Assembly (NCBI GenBank): GCA_964514615.1
Contig: CAZEUE010000001.1
Span: 1-57,633, forward strand
From: an uncultured Bifidobacterium sp.
GTDB taxonomy: Bacteria > Actinomycetota > Thermoleophilia > Miltoncostaeales > Miltoncostaeaceae
Direction of reading: 5' to 3'
DNA length: 57,633 nt
Part shown: positions 29,978 through 39,156 of the stretch, piece after piece
Layout: every line of letters begins with the position of its first letter
How positions within the stretch are numbered: position 1 is the first letter of the stretch
Made by a program: the position numbers and the translations under genes
Notes under the pieces: generated by a model
The model's database searches: none
Told to the model about the DNA's origin: nothing
The model's input: only the letters and a program-made list of their open reading frames with translations

Positions 29978-30475
29978 GTGATCGTCTTGGGCATCGACCC
30001 GGGGCTGGCCAACACCGGGTACGGCGTGGTGCGCCGTGCGGGAAGCCGCATGGAGGTGCTGGCGCACGGCACCCTGCGCACGCAGGCATCCACGCCCACG
30101 GAGGAGCGCCTGCTCGCGCTGCACGAGGGCCTGGCTGAGGTGATCAGCCGGCAGTCGCCGCAGGTTGCCTGCATCGAGGCGTTCTTCGTGCACCCGGTGA
30201 GCCGGGCGGCAATGGGGATGGCGGCGGCCCGGGGCGCCTTGCTGGTTGCGTGCTCCCGCGCCGGGCTGTCGGTGGCCGAGTACACGCCCACGGCCATCAA
30301 GCAGTCCATCGCCGGCAACGGGCGCGCCGGCAAGGACCAGGTGCGCGCCATGGTGGCCCGCCTCACCGGCGTGTCCACGGGCACCGACCACGAGGCCGAC
30401 GCCATCGCGGCCGCCATCTGCCATGCGTCGGCGGGGCCCTTGCAGGCCGCGATCGGCGTCCGGGAGCGGCGATAG
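29978..30475 (+). CDS. ruvC: Holliday junction resolvase RuvC
   Basis: The GTG start follows GGCGGAGG. Motifs are IVLGIDPGLANTGYGVV and HEADAIAAAICHA. Confidence 0.94.
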   Translation: MIVLGIDPGLANTGYGVVRRAGSRMEVLAHGTLRTQASTPTEERLLALHEGLAEVISRQSPQVACIEAFFVHPVSRAAMGMAAARGALLVACSRAGLSVAEYTPTAIKQSIAGNGRAGKDQVRAMVARLTGVSTGTDHEADAIAAAICHASAGPLQAAIGVRERR

Positions 30476-30485
30476 CCTGCCCCGC

Positions 30486-31064
30486 ATGATCCGGTTCGTG
30501 CGCGGTCACCTGACGGCCGCCGATCCAGACGGCGTGGTCGTGGGCATGGGCGGCATGGGATTCCACGTGCGCGTCAGCGACTCCACGCGGGCCGACCTGC
30601 CCGCCGTCGGCAGCGAGGTGGTGCTGCACACGCACCTGGTGGTGCGCGAGGATGCGCTCGACCTGTACGGCTTCTCGGCCGAGGCCGAGCGGCTGCTGTT
30701 CGAGGCGCTGCTCGGGGTGAACGGCGTGGGGCCCCGAAGCGCCCTGGCCATCTGCGGCCTCGGCACCCCCCGGGCCCTGGCGGTGGCCATCGGCGGCGGC
30801 GACGCCGCGTACATCGCCAAGGCCGCGGGCGTGGGGAAGAAGACGGCCGAGCGGGTCATCCTCGAGTTGCGCGACAGGGTGGGCGTGGCCGGGGCACCGG
30901 CCGCCGACGGCGCCATCGCCACGGGTGCGCGCGGTGGGGCACGCGAGGGCCTGGTGGCCCTCGGCTTCCCGCCGGACCAGGTGGATGCCGTGCTGGCCGG
31001 GGCCGATGCCGGGCTCGACGAGGAGGCGCTCATCCGCCACGGCCTGGCGGTGCTCGGACGATGA
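30486..31064 (+). CDS. ruvA: Holliday junction branch migration protein RuvA
   Basis: The N-terminus is MIRFVRGHL, with LYGF, the helix-hairpin-helix [15 protein letters not shown] and [14 protein letters not shown]. Confidence 0.93.
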   Translation: MIRFVRGHLTAADPDGVVVGMGGMGFHVRVSDSTRADLPAVGSEVVLHTHLVVREDALDLYGFSAEAERLLFEALLGVNGVGPRSALAICGLGTPRALAVAIGGGDAAYIAKAAGVGKKTAERVILELRDRVGVAGAPAADGAIATGARGGAREGLVALGFPPDQVDAVLAGADAGLDEEALIRHGLAVLGR

Positions 31065-32152
31065 CCGACGACGAGCGCCTTGCCGATCCCGCGCTGGTCA
31101 CGGGCGAGGATGGTGTGGACACGTCGCTCCGGCCGCGGAGCCTCGACGACTTCGTGGGGCAGGACTCCGTGCGCGAGCAGCTGGGGATCTTCCTCGAAGC
31201 CGCGCGGCAGCGCGGCGAGGCCCTGGACCACGTGCTCCTGGCGGGTCCGCCCGGCCTGGGCAAGACGTCCCTCGCCATCATCCTGGCCTCCGAGATGGGC
31301 GTGGAGATCACGGTCACCAGCGGTCCGGTGCTCGAGCGCAAGGGCGACCTGGCCGCCATCCTCACCGCGCTGGGGCCGGGCGACGTGCTGTTCGTGGACG
31401 AGATCCACCGGATGAACCGGTCGGTCGAGGAGGTGCTCTACCCGGCGATGGAGGACTTCCAACTGGACGTCGTGCTGGGCCAGGGCCCGCAGGCGCGCAC
31501 CCTGCGGCTGGATCTTCCCCGGTTCACCCTGGTGGGCGCCACCACCCGTTCGGGCCTGCTCACCACGCCGCTGCGCGACCGCTTCGGCGTGGTGCAGCGC
31601 CTCGACTACTACGGCCCGGACGACCTGGGCCGCATCATCACGCGGTCAGCCGAGCTGCTGGGGGTGGAGATCACCCCCGAGGGGGCAGTGGCGATCGCCG
31701 TGCGCTCGCGAGGTACCCCGCGCATCGCCAACCGGCTGCTGCGCCGCGTGCGCGACGTGGCGCAGGTCAAGGGCATGGGGCGCGTGGATGCCACGGTGGC
31801 CCAGCAGGCCCTCGCCGTGCTCGAGGTCGACGAGGCGGGCCTGGACGACCTCGACCGCAAGATCCTCACGCAGTTGGCCGTCACGTTCGCCGGCCGGCCC
31901 ACGGGCCTCGGCACCCTCGCCGACGCCGTGGGGGAGAGCCCCGACACCATCGAGGATGTCTACGAGCCATTCCTGCTGCAGCAGGGCCTGCTGGCACGCA
32001 CCCCCCGGGGCCGGGTGGCCACCGCGCGCGCCTACGTGCACCTGGGGCTCGAGGTGCCGCGCGAGGTGCGCGCGCAGGATGGGTCGCAGCAGCCCCTGTT
32101 CGGCGACGACGACCCCGGGGCGCCCGGTGCCGCCTGGGGCTCGGTGCCCTAG
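31061..32152 (+). CDS. ruvB: Holliday junction ATP-dependent DNA helicase RuvB
   Basis: It has Walker [10 protein letters not shown] and Walker B LFVDEIHR, plus [15 protein letters not shown]. Its start overlaps the ruvA stop. Confidence 0.96.
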   Translation: MTDDERLADPALVTGEDGVDTSLRPRSLDDFVGQDSVREQLGIFLEAARQRGEALDHVLLAGPPGLGKTSLAIILASEMGVEITVTSGPVLERKGDLAAILTALGPGDVLFVDEIHRMNRSVEEVLYPAMEDFQLDVVLGQGPQARTLRLDLPRFTLVGATTRSGLLTTPLRDRFGVVQRLDYYGPDDLGRIITRSAELLGVEITPEGAVAIAVRSRGTPRIANRLLRRVRDVAQVKGMGRVDATVAQQALAVLEVDEAGLDDLDRKILTQLAVTFAGRPTGLGTLADAVGESPDTIEDVYEPFLLQQGLLARTPRGRVATARAYVHLGLEVPREVRAQDGSQQPLFGDDDPGAPGAAWGSVP

Positions 32153-32177
32153 CCCCGGGCGGATCGCGGGGGGCGGG

Positions 32178-32597
32178 CTACCGCCTCCGGGCGAAGCCCA
32201 TCTCGAGGGTGACGCCCTCGGGGATCGACTCCACGGCATTGAGCGTGAACTCGTACACCGAGCCACCGGTGGTGAACTCGGCGTCGCTGATCTCGTAGGC
32301 GCCCTCGTACTCGGAGTCCACGTCGACGGTGGGCTCGCCCATGTCGGTGCCGGTCAGCTCCACGGCGATGCGCTCGTTCGATGCGCCCCCGCCGAGGGGC
32401 ACCATGACCGAGCAGGCCTCCTCCGCGCCCATGCACGTGAGCGTCTTCGCTGCGACCGCGGTGCCCGTCGTGGTGGCCGCTGCCGTGGCGCCCGCCTCCG
32501 TGGTGGCGGCGCTGTCGGAGCCACCGCAGGCCGACAGCGTGAGGGCGGCGCCCGCGACGCCGATGGCGGCGATTGATGCGATGCGGCGGCGGATCAT
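32178..32597 (-). CDS. Hypothetical lipoprotein
   Basis: The signal peptide carries the lipobox LTLSAC. The start overlaps the stop of the upstream glycosyltransferase (ATGA). Confidence 0.6.
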   Translation of the reverse strand: MIRRRIASIAAIGVAGAALTLSACGGSDSAATTEAGATAAATTTGTAVAAKTLTCMGAEEACSVMVPLGGGASNERIAVELTGTDMGEPTVDVDSEYEGAYEISDAEFTTGGSVYEFTLNAVESIPEGVTLEMGFARRR

Positions 32598-33793
32598 GTG
32601 GTTCCTCCCGTGGGGGTTGCGGCGGCCCGGGTGGAGCCCGGGCGCTTTGACTCGAGGACCTCGCGGTAGATCTCCTCGATGGCATCGGTGACGCGCGGCC
32701 AGTCGAACTCGGCCTCCACCGCCTTTCGCCCCTGCACGGCGATCTCCTCGGCCCGCGCGGGGTCGTCGAGCACCTCGGCGAGACCGCGCGCGAGGTCGGC
32801 CGGATCATGCGGCTGCACGAACCTGCCGGGCACGTCCCCCCTGATCACCTGGCGGAACCCCACGTTGTCGGCGGCCACCACGGGCGTCCCCGATGCGAGG
32901 GCCTCCAGCAGCACCACCCCGAACGACGCCAGCACGCACGGGGCGGCCATGACATCGGCCTCGCGATAGAAGCGGGGGCGCTCCTCGTTGAGGAGGCCCA
33001 GCCACTCCACGCGGTCCCATATGCCGAGCGTGCGCGCCTTGCGCTCGTACACGGGCCGGGCCGGGCCGTCGCCGATGACCTGCACGGTGAAGTCCCGGCC
33101 CCCGTCCTGCAGGATGGCCGCGGCCTCGAGCAGGTCGCCCAGGGCATTGCGGGGGTCGAACCGGCCCACGAACAGTATGCGCGGGGGCCCGGGCGGGCGC
33201 TGCTCACCGGGGCCCAGCGGGCGGTACAGCGAGCAGTCGATGCCGTTGGGCACGACGTCCCACTCGCCCGGGAAGTACGGGGAGAGGGCGGTGATGCAGG
33301 CGTCCGACACCGCGATGCGACGGTCGAGCCGTGCAAGCGAGTTGCGCACGTACGTGCCGATGCGGTCGTAGAGCCAGTGCCCTTCGTCGAAGTACGTGTG
33401 GAACGTGCCCACGGTGCACGGCGCGGTGGACACCCGCAGCACTCCCATGGGAAGCGTGGGGGAGGCCAGTCCCTGCGCATGGACCACGTCCATTCCGCGG
33501 ACGGCGCCCGCGATCAGGTGCTTGACCCCCAGCGCCACCGTGAGGCGCGCGATGGACCCGTTGGCCACCACGGGCACCGAGCGCCCGATGCGCGTGGTGC
33601 GGTAGCCGTGCTCCCGGTGCGCCTGGCGGTCGAGTTCTGCCGTGGCAGCCGCATCGCCCACGTTTCCGGTGACCACCGTGACGTCGTGGCCGCGCTGGGC
33701 GAGTTCCCGCGAGAGGAAGTGCACGTGCTCGCTGACACCCCCCAGGACCGGATAGGCGTACTCGGTGACCATGGCGATGGACAGGGTCCTCAC
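32594..33793 (-). CDS. GT4 family glycosyltransferase (PimA-like GT-B fold)
   Basis: GTG 33793 (alternative ATG 33772) gives VRTLSIAMVTEYAYPVLGGVSEHV. The C-terminal EASFGVVLLEALASGTPVVA resembles the E-x7-E region. The ORF-track N-terminal extension is antisense to yajC/secDF. Confidence 0.8.
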   Translation of the reverse strand: MRTLSIAMVTEYAYPVLGGVSEHVHFLSRELAQRGHDVTVVTGNVGDAAATAELDRQAHREHGYRTTRIGRSVPVVANGSIARLTVALGVKHLIAGAVRGMDVVHAQGLASPTLPMGVLRVSTAPCTVGTFHTYFDEGHWLYDRIGTYVRNSLARLDRRIAVSDACITALSPYFPGEWDVVPNGIDCSLYRPLGPGEQRPPGPPRILFVGRFDPRNALGDLLEAAAILQDGGRDFTVQVIGDGPARPVYERKARTLGIWDRVEWLGLLNEERPRFYREADVMAAPCVLASFGVVLLEALASGTPVVAADNVGFRQVIRGDVPGRFVQPHDPADLARGLAEVLDDPARAEEIAVQGRKAVEAEFDWPRVTDAIEEIYREVLESKRPGSTRAAATPTGGTT

Positions 33794-33901
33794 GGGCGGC
33801 CACCGTACCATGGTGCGCGGGCCCACCCGCACGCCCCGGGCCGTCGGTGGCACTGCTAGCCTGCCCGCGTCCCAGACCCCGTAACGGAGGCCGGATCCCG
33901 C

Positions 33902-34210
33902 ATGTCGTCGGCGGTCCTTCTGCCCATCTACATCATCATCTTCGTCGCCCTGATCTACTTCGTGGGCATCCGCCCGCAGCAGAAGCGCAGGCGCGAGATG
34001 GAAGAGTTGTCCCGGTCGCTCAAGGTGGGCGATGAGGTCGTCACGACCTCGGGCATCTACGGAATCGTGTCCGAGGTGGAGGCCGGCGGAACCCTCATCC
34101 TGCAGGTGGCAGAGGACGTGGACATCCGCATCGCGCAGGCCGCGGTGTCGCGCAAGACCACCGCCGAGGACCACGCCGCGCCCGTCGCCGACGAGCCCGC
34201 CAAGGGCTAG
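33902..34210 (+). CDS. yajC: Preprotein translocase subunit YajC
   Basis: A single TM helix is followed by RPQQKRRREMEELSRSLKVGDEVVTTSGIYG. Confidence 0.9.
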   Translation: MSSAVLLPIYIIIFVALIYFVGIRPQQKRRREMEELSRSLKVGDEVVTTSGIYGIVSEVEAGGTLILQVAEDVDIRIAQAAVSRKTTAEDHAAPVADEPAKG

Positions 34211-34249
34211 CCGCATCACCTCCGCAGTCCGCACGCCCGGGGGCCGACG

Positions 34250-37090
34250 GTGAGGACCGGTCGCCGCGCCCTGCTGTACCTGCTGGTCGTGATCGGCCTG
34301 GTGGCGGCGTCCGCCATCGCAATCGCGCTGCGCCCGGCCGTGCTGGGCCTCGACCTGCAGGGCGGCGTCGAGGTGGTGCTGCAGGGCAAGGCCACCCGCG
34401 ACTCCGAGGTGAACCAGGAGGCGATTGACCGGTCGGTCGAGGTCATCCGCAGCCGCGTCGACTCGTTCGGCGTCGCCGAGCCCGAGATCCAGACCCAGGG
34501 CAGCGACCAGATCGTGGTGTCGCTGCCGGGCGCGCGCGATCCCGACCAGGTGGTGCAGGACCTCATCAAGCCCGCTCAGCTGGTGTTCACCGACTACCAG
34601 GCCAACTTCGTCGCGCAGGACCCCAGCCTGTGGAAGATGACCCAGCGGGCGCAGACCACCACGCCCAAGCCGCCGGTCGAGGGGCAGGCCACGTACTACC
34701 TGTTCCGGAGGAACGCCGCGCATACGCTGGTGGCGGGTCCTGAGTTCGAGAGATCCGAGCTGCTGCTCGAGTACGACGGCAAGGTGCCGGCCAATCTCGA
34801 GCTCGTGACGGTCCCCCGGGGGCTGGTCATCTACTCCGACCTCCAGCAGCTCGATCCCAACCGGCCCGACGGTCCATCGCGCACGGTCTACGTGCTCATG
34901 CAGGACAAGCCCGCGCTGACGGGGCGCGACATCACGTCGTCGGCCCAGAGCTTCGATTCCGGGTCGCAGGGTGGCGACCAGGAGCCCATCGTCACCATGC
35001 AGTTCACCGACCAGGGCGCCCAGGCGTTCCAGGACGTCACGCGCGACCTGGCGCAGCGCGGTGCCCTGCGCCAGGAGCTCCAGAGCTTCGCGATCGTCCT
35101 CGACGGCCGGATCATCAGCAATCCGACGGTCGACTTCCGCCAGTACCCCAACGGCATCAGCGGCAACAACGGCGCGCAGATCTCGGGCAACTTCACCACC
35201 GAGAGCGCGCGCACGCTGGCCGACCAGCTCAACTCCGGCGCCATCCCCATCCGGCTCGAGGTCATCAGCCAGAAGCAGGTGTCGGCAACGCTGGGCGCCG
35301 AGTCGCTGCGGCAGGGGCTCATCGCCGGCGTCATCGGCCTGCTCATCGTGGTGCTGTTCCTCATCGGCTACTACCGCCTGCTGGGGCTCATCGCGGCGGG
35401 GGCGCTGCTGTTCTATGCATTGCTGTTCAGCGCGGTCATCGTGCTGGTGCCCATCACGCTGACCCTGCCGGGAATCGCCGGCGTCATCCTGACCATCGGC
35501 GTGGCATCAGACGCCAACGTGGTCATATTCGAACGAATGCGCGAGGAGACCCGCGCCGGGCGCAGCAGCAAATCGGCCCTGCTCACGGGGTATTCGAAGG
35601 GCGTCAGCGCGATCGTCGACGCCAACGTGGTGACGTTCCTCACCGCGGCCGTGCTGTTCCTCTTCAGCACGGCAGGCCCCAAGGGCTTCGCATTCACCCT
35701 GATGATCGGCGTGGTTCTCTCGTTCTTCACCGCCGTGGTGGTCACACGCCTGATCATCGAGGGCATTTCCGGCACCAAGGCCTTCAGCGACAGCAAGTTG
35801 CTGGGGCTCGACGTGCGCGAGCCCAAGTGGACCTTCGACTTCGTGGGCAGGTGGCGCCTGTGGCTCGCCATCTCGTTCGTGCCCGTGGCCCTCGGCGCCA
35901 TCTTCATCGGCATCAACGGACTCAATCTGGGGCTCGACTTCCAGAGCGGCACGCGCGTGGTGGTGGCGTTCGAGCAGGGGCAGCCCACCGAGGGCGAGGT
36001 GCGCCGGGTGGTCTCGAGCCAGGGGTACCCCGAGGCCAAGATCCAGGAGACCACCGATCCCGCCACGGGCCAGCGCGGGTTCCAGGTGCAGACGCCCACG
36101 CTGCAGCCGCCGCAGCTGGCAGCCCTCAAGTTCCAGCTCGATCGTGACCTCGGGGGCATCGACGAGCGGTCGTACCAGGTGGAGACCGTCGGCCCCACGT
36201 TCGGGCGCCAGGTGGTGGAGCGTGCCGCATGGGCCATCGGGCTGTCATTCCTGCTGGTCATCATCTACCTGAGCATCCGGTTCGAGTACCGGTTGGCCCT
36301 GCCCGCGCTGCTGTCGGTGGTGCAGGACGTGTGGCTGTCGCTCAGCATCTACTCCATCGTGGGGCGCGAGATCACCAGCGCCACCATCGCCGCGTGGCTG
36401 ACCATCCTCGGTTACTCGCTCTACGACGTGGTGGTGGTGTACGACCGCGTGCGCGAGAACGAACGCCTCATGCGCAACGCCCGGTACAAGGACGTCATGA
36501 ACCGGTCGGTGCATGAGACCCTCAACCGCACCCTCATCACCAGCTTCACCACCGTCGTCCCGGTCCTCGCGCTGCTGCTCTTCGGCGGCGAGACCCTGCA
36601 GGACTTCGCCTTCGCGCTGCTGATCGGCCTGCTCACGGGTGGCGTGTCGTCGCTGCTCATCGCGGGTCCGCTGGCGGCCATCTGGAAGGAGCACCAGCCC
36701 GAGGGCCGCAAGCGGGCCCGCAAGGCGGGGAAGAAGGCCTCCCGGGCCGGTGTCGTGGCCGGGGGCCACGATGACGACCTGGTGGACGCCGAGGTGCTGG
36801 CGCGAGCCGAGGCCGCGCTCGACGACGAGCCCGAGATCGCACCCGATGCGCTCCAGGAGCCCGAACCCGAACCCGAGCCCGAAGCCGAACCCGAACCCGA
36901 ACCCGAACCCGAACCCGAACCCGAACCCGGGGCCGCGCCGTCGCCGGGAATCGTGGCCGGGACTGAACCGAAGCCCGAGGCGCCGCCCGCCCCGGCACGC
37001 GATGATGTGGCCTCGTCCGGGGACGCACCCGCGCCGCCTCCGCAGCGCGAGCGCCGCCACAGCCAGGTCAAGAGGAGGAAGCGCTCATGA
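34250..37090 (+). CDS. secDF: Fused protein translocase subunits SecD-SecF with an acidic Pro/Glu-rich C-terminal tail
   Basis: The SecD part has LGLDLQGGVEVVL and 6 TM helices. The SecF part starts around FDFVGRWRLWLAISF...GLDFQSGT and has a further 6 TM helices. The about 130-aa tail includes the EP repeat. Confidence 0.9.
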   Translation: MRTGRRALLYLLVVIGLVAASAIAIALRPAVLGLDLQGGVEVVLQGKATRDSEVNQEAIDRSVEVIRSRVDSFGVAEPEIQTQGSDQIVVSLPGARDPDQVVQDLIKPAQLVFTDYQANFVAQDPSLWKMTQRAQTTTPKPPVEGQATYYLFRRNAAHTLVAGPEFERSELLLEYDGKVPANLELVTVPRGLVIYSDLQQLDPNRPDGPSRTVYVLMQDKPALTGRDITSSAQSFDSGSQGGDQEPIVTMQFTDQGAQAFQDVTRDLAQRGALRQELQSFAIVLDGRIISNPTVDFRQYPNGISGNNGAQISGNFTTESARTLADQLNSGAIPIRLEVISQKQVSATLGAESLRQGLIAGVIGLLIVVLFLIGYYRLLGLIAAGALLFYALLFSAVIVLVPITLTLPGIAGVILTIGVASDANVVIFERMREETRAGRSSKSALLTGYSKGVSAIVDANVVTFLTAAVLFLFSTAGPKGFAFTLMIGVVLSFFTAVVVTRLIIEGISGTKAFSDSKLLGLDVREPKWTFDFVGRWRLWLAISFVPVALGAIFIGINGLNLGLDFQSGTRVVVAFEQGQPTEGEVRRVVSSQGYPEAKIQETTDPATGQRGFQVQTPTLQPPQLAALKFQLDRDLGGIDERSYQVETVGPTFGRQVVERAAWAIGLSFLLVIIYLSIRFEYRLALPALLSVVQDVWLSLSIYSIVGREITSATIAAWLTILGYSLYDVVVVYDRVRENERLMRNARYKDVMNRSVHETLNRTLITSFTTVVPVLALLLFGGETLQDFAFALLIGLLTGGVSSLLIAGPLAAIWKEHQPEGRKRARKAGKKASRAGVVAGGHDDDLVDAEVLARAEAALDDEPEIAPDALQEPEPEPEPEAEPEPEPEPEPEPEPGAAPSPGIVAGTEPKPEAPPAPARDDVASSGDAPAPPPQRERRHSQVKRRKRS
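36857..36928 (+). repeat. Hexanucleotide (GARCCC)n microsatellite encoding (Glu-Pro)12 within the secDF tail
   Basis: There are twelve consecutive 6-nt units, the last seven being perfect GAACCC (36887-36928). They translate as EPEPEPEPEAEPEPEPEPEPEPEP. Confidence 0.95.
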
Positions 37091-37449
37091 TGAGCCCACG
37101 CGAGGCCGTGGAGCAGGCCATCTTCGTCGCGGTCGGGGCCGCATCCCTCACGCGGGATCGCGCCCAGGCGATCGTGGACGACCTGGTTCGCCGGGGCCAG
37201 ATGAGCGACGAGGAGGGCCGCCTCACGGTGGATGGCCTCATGGCGCGCGTGCGTGCCAGCGGCGAGCAGCAGGGGCTCATCGACAAGATCGAGGGCGGCG
37301 TGCACGGCCTGCTGCGCGAGCTCGGCATCGCCCAGCGCGATGACATCGCGGATGTCGACCAGCGCATCGCGGAGCTCGAGCACCGCATTCGCCTGCTCGA
37401 GGAAGCGGCCGGCACCGTGCCGGCCCCGCCCGCCGACGCGGACGGCTAG
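37087..37449 (+). CDS. Phasin-like protein (PhaF/COG3937-type helical protein)
   Basis: The ATG overlaps the secDF stop (ATGA). The motif AIFVAVGAASLTRDRAQAIVDDLVRRGQMSDEEGR and the C-terminal coiled coil resemble polyhydroxyalkanoate synthesis regulator/phasin-family proteins. Confidence 0.6.
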   Translation: MMSPREAVEQAIFVAVGAASLTRDRAQAIVDDLVRRGQMSDEEGRLTVDGLMARVRASGEQQGLIDKIEGGVHGLLRELGIAQRDDIADVDQRIAELEHRIRLLEEAAGTVPAPPADADG

Positions 37450-37461
37450 CGGCCTGCTGCC

Positions 37462-39120
37462 GTGGGCCGCGGCGAGCGCAGGAGGACCCTGGGGCGGCTG
37501 CGCGAGATCGCGCAGGTGGCCACCAAGCACGGCTTCGGCTACGTGTTCTCGCGGCGCGGCGCCCCGGAGGCGGACGGCCTGGAGGGGGAGACCGCCGAGG
37601 AGCGCGCCACCCGTGGTCGTCGCCTGCGCGAGACGCTCGAGGAGCTCGGCCCGACCTTCGTGAAGTTCGGGCAGCTGCTGTCCACCCGTCCCGACGTGGT
37701 GCCGCCCGACATCATCGCGGAGCTGCGCAAGCTGCAGGACGAGGCCCGGCCCGAGCCGTTCGAGGCGGTGCGCCAGGTGGTGGAGGAGGAGCTGGGGCTC
37801 ACTCTCGAGCAGGCATTCGAGTCGTTCGACCGGGAGCCCATCGGCAGCGCGTCGGTGGGCCAGGTGCACGCGGCCCGCCTCCCGGGGGGGCGCGAGGTGG
37901 TGGTGAAGGTGCAGCGGCCCGGGGCGGCCGACACCCTCAACGCCGACATCGACCTGCTCTACCGCATCGCGCGAATCACGCGCGACCGCGTGAAGCGCCT
38001 GTCGTTCATCGATCTGCAGGGCCTGGTGGACGAGTTCGCCAAGACGGTTCGGCAGGAGCTCGACTACCGCAACGAGGCGCGAAACGACGAGGCCGTGCGC
38101 CGGAACTTCGCCGGCAACGAGCACGTGGTGGTGCCCCGCATCCACTGGCGGCAGTCCACCGGGCGGGTGCTCACGCAGGACCGCATCGAGGGACCCACGC
38201 TGGCGCACTTCGACCTCGCGTCACTCGATGCCGAGGAGCGGCGCACCCTGGCCGCCCGGATGGCCGAGACGTGGATGCAGATGATCTTCGGCGACGGCCT
38301 CTTCCATGCCGACCCGCACCCCGCCAACGTCATCGTCCTGGGGCCCGACCGCATCGGGCTGATCGACTTCGGCATGGTCGGCCGCCTGTCGCAGGATGAC
38401 CGCGAGTCGGCCATCCGGCTCTTCACGGACATCATGTCGCAGAACACGGCGCGCCTGCCGCGCGACCTCCGCGCGCTGGGCATCCGGTACCCGCGGGAGC
38501 TCGAGGAGGAGTTCTCCCTGCGGTTGCAGGACCTGATGGGCCGCTACATGGGCATGTCCATGGACGAGCTGGACGTGCGGGAGATCCTGCACGAGCTGTT
38601 CGGCGTCATCTACGAGCTCGAGATCACCCTTCCCTCGCGCTGGATCCTGCTGGACAAGGCCCTCGCCACCCTGGCCGGGGTCGCGCTGGAGATCTCCCCC
38701 GAGTTCAACGTGTTCGAGACGGCCAAGCCGTATGCGCGCAAGCTGCTCTACGCGAAGTACAGCCCGGAGCGCATCGCCGGCCGCGTGCAGACCGACATGG
38801 GTCGCTATGCCTCTGCGCTGCTCGAGTACCCCATCCAGTTCGGCGAGCTGCTCGAGGAGTTCAAGGACGGCGAGGTGCATGTCGCCATCGACCTGGAGGA
38901 ACTGAAGGACGCCAGCGACAAGGCGCTCACGGCGGCGAACCGCCTGGCCATCGCCCTCGTGGCGGCCGCCGTCATCCTGGCGTCGGGGATCATCGGCACG
39001 TTCGTCCGGGAGGGGCCCGAGTTGTTCGGGCTTGCCATCATCGGGGTGCCGGGCTTCGTGGCCGGCCTTGCGCTGTTCGGATGGCTCGTGGTGGGCATGA
39101 TCCGCTCGGGGCACTGGTAG
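37462..39120 (+). CDS. ABC1/UbiB family atypical protein kinase
   Basis: Motifs are FVKFGQLLSTRPD, FDREPIGSASVGQVHAARL and GLFHADPHPANV, with two C-terminal TM helices. Confidence 0.88.
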   Translation: MGRGERRRTLGRLREIAQVATKHGFGYVFSRRGAPEADGLEGETAEERATRGRRLRETLEELGPTFVKFGQLLSTRPDVVPPDIIAELRKLQDEARPEPFEAVRQVVEEELGLTLEQAFESFDREPIGSASVGQVHAARLPGGREVVVKVQRPGAADTLNADIDLLYRIARITRDRVKRLSFIDLQGLVDEFAKTVRQELDYRNEARNDEAVRRNFAGNEHVVVPRIHWRQSTGRVLTQDRIEGPTLAHFDLASLDAEERRTLAARMAETWMQMIFGDGLFHADPHPANVIVLGPDRIGLIDFGMVGRLSQDDRESAIRLFTDIMSQNTARLPRDLRALGIRYPRELEEEFSLRLQDLMGRYMGMSMDELDVREILHELFGVIYELEITLPSRWILLDKALATLAGVALEISPEFNVFETAKPYARKLLYAKYSPERIAGRVQTDMGRYASALLEYPIQFGELLEEFKDGEVHVAIDLEELKDASDKALTAANRLAIALVAAAVILASGIIGTFVREGPELFGLAIIGVPGFVAGLALFGWLVVGMIRSGHW

Positions 39121-39156
39121 ATCCCGCGTCCGCCCGCGTCATTACGATCGGCCGGG

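Noticed and set aside
33794-34723. N-terminal extension of the glycosyltransferase ORF 32594..34723 (minus strand)
   Set aside because: It is antisense to yajC and the secDF 5' end. The GT4 fold begins at VRTLSIAMVTEYAYP, consistent with GTG 33793.
36857-36928. Possible CRISPR or minisatellite non-coding array
   Set aside because: The units are 6 nt with no spacers, are in frame, and lie inside the secDF ORF. This is a coding microsatellite, not a CRISPR array.
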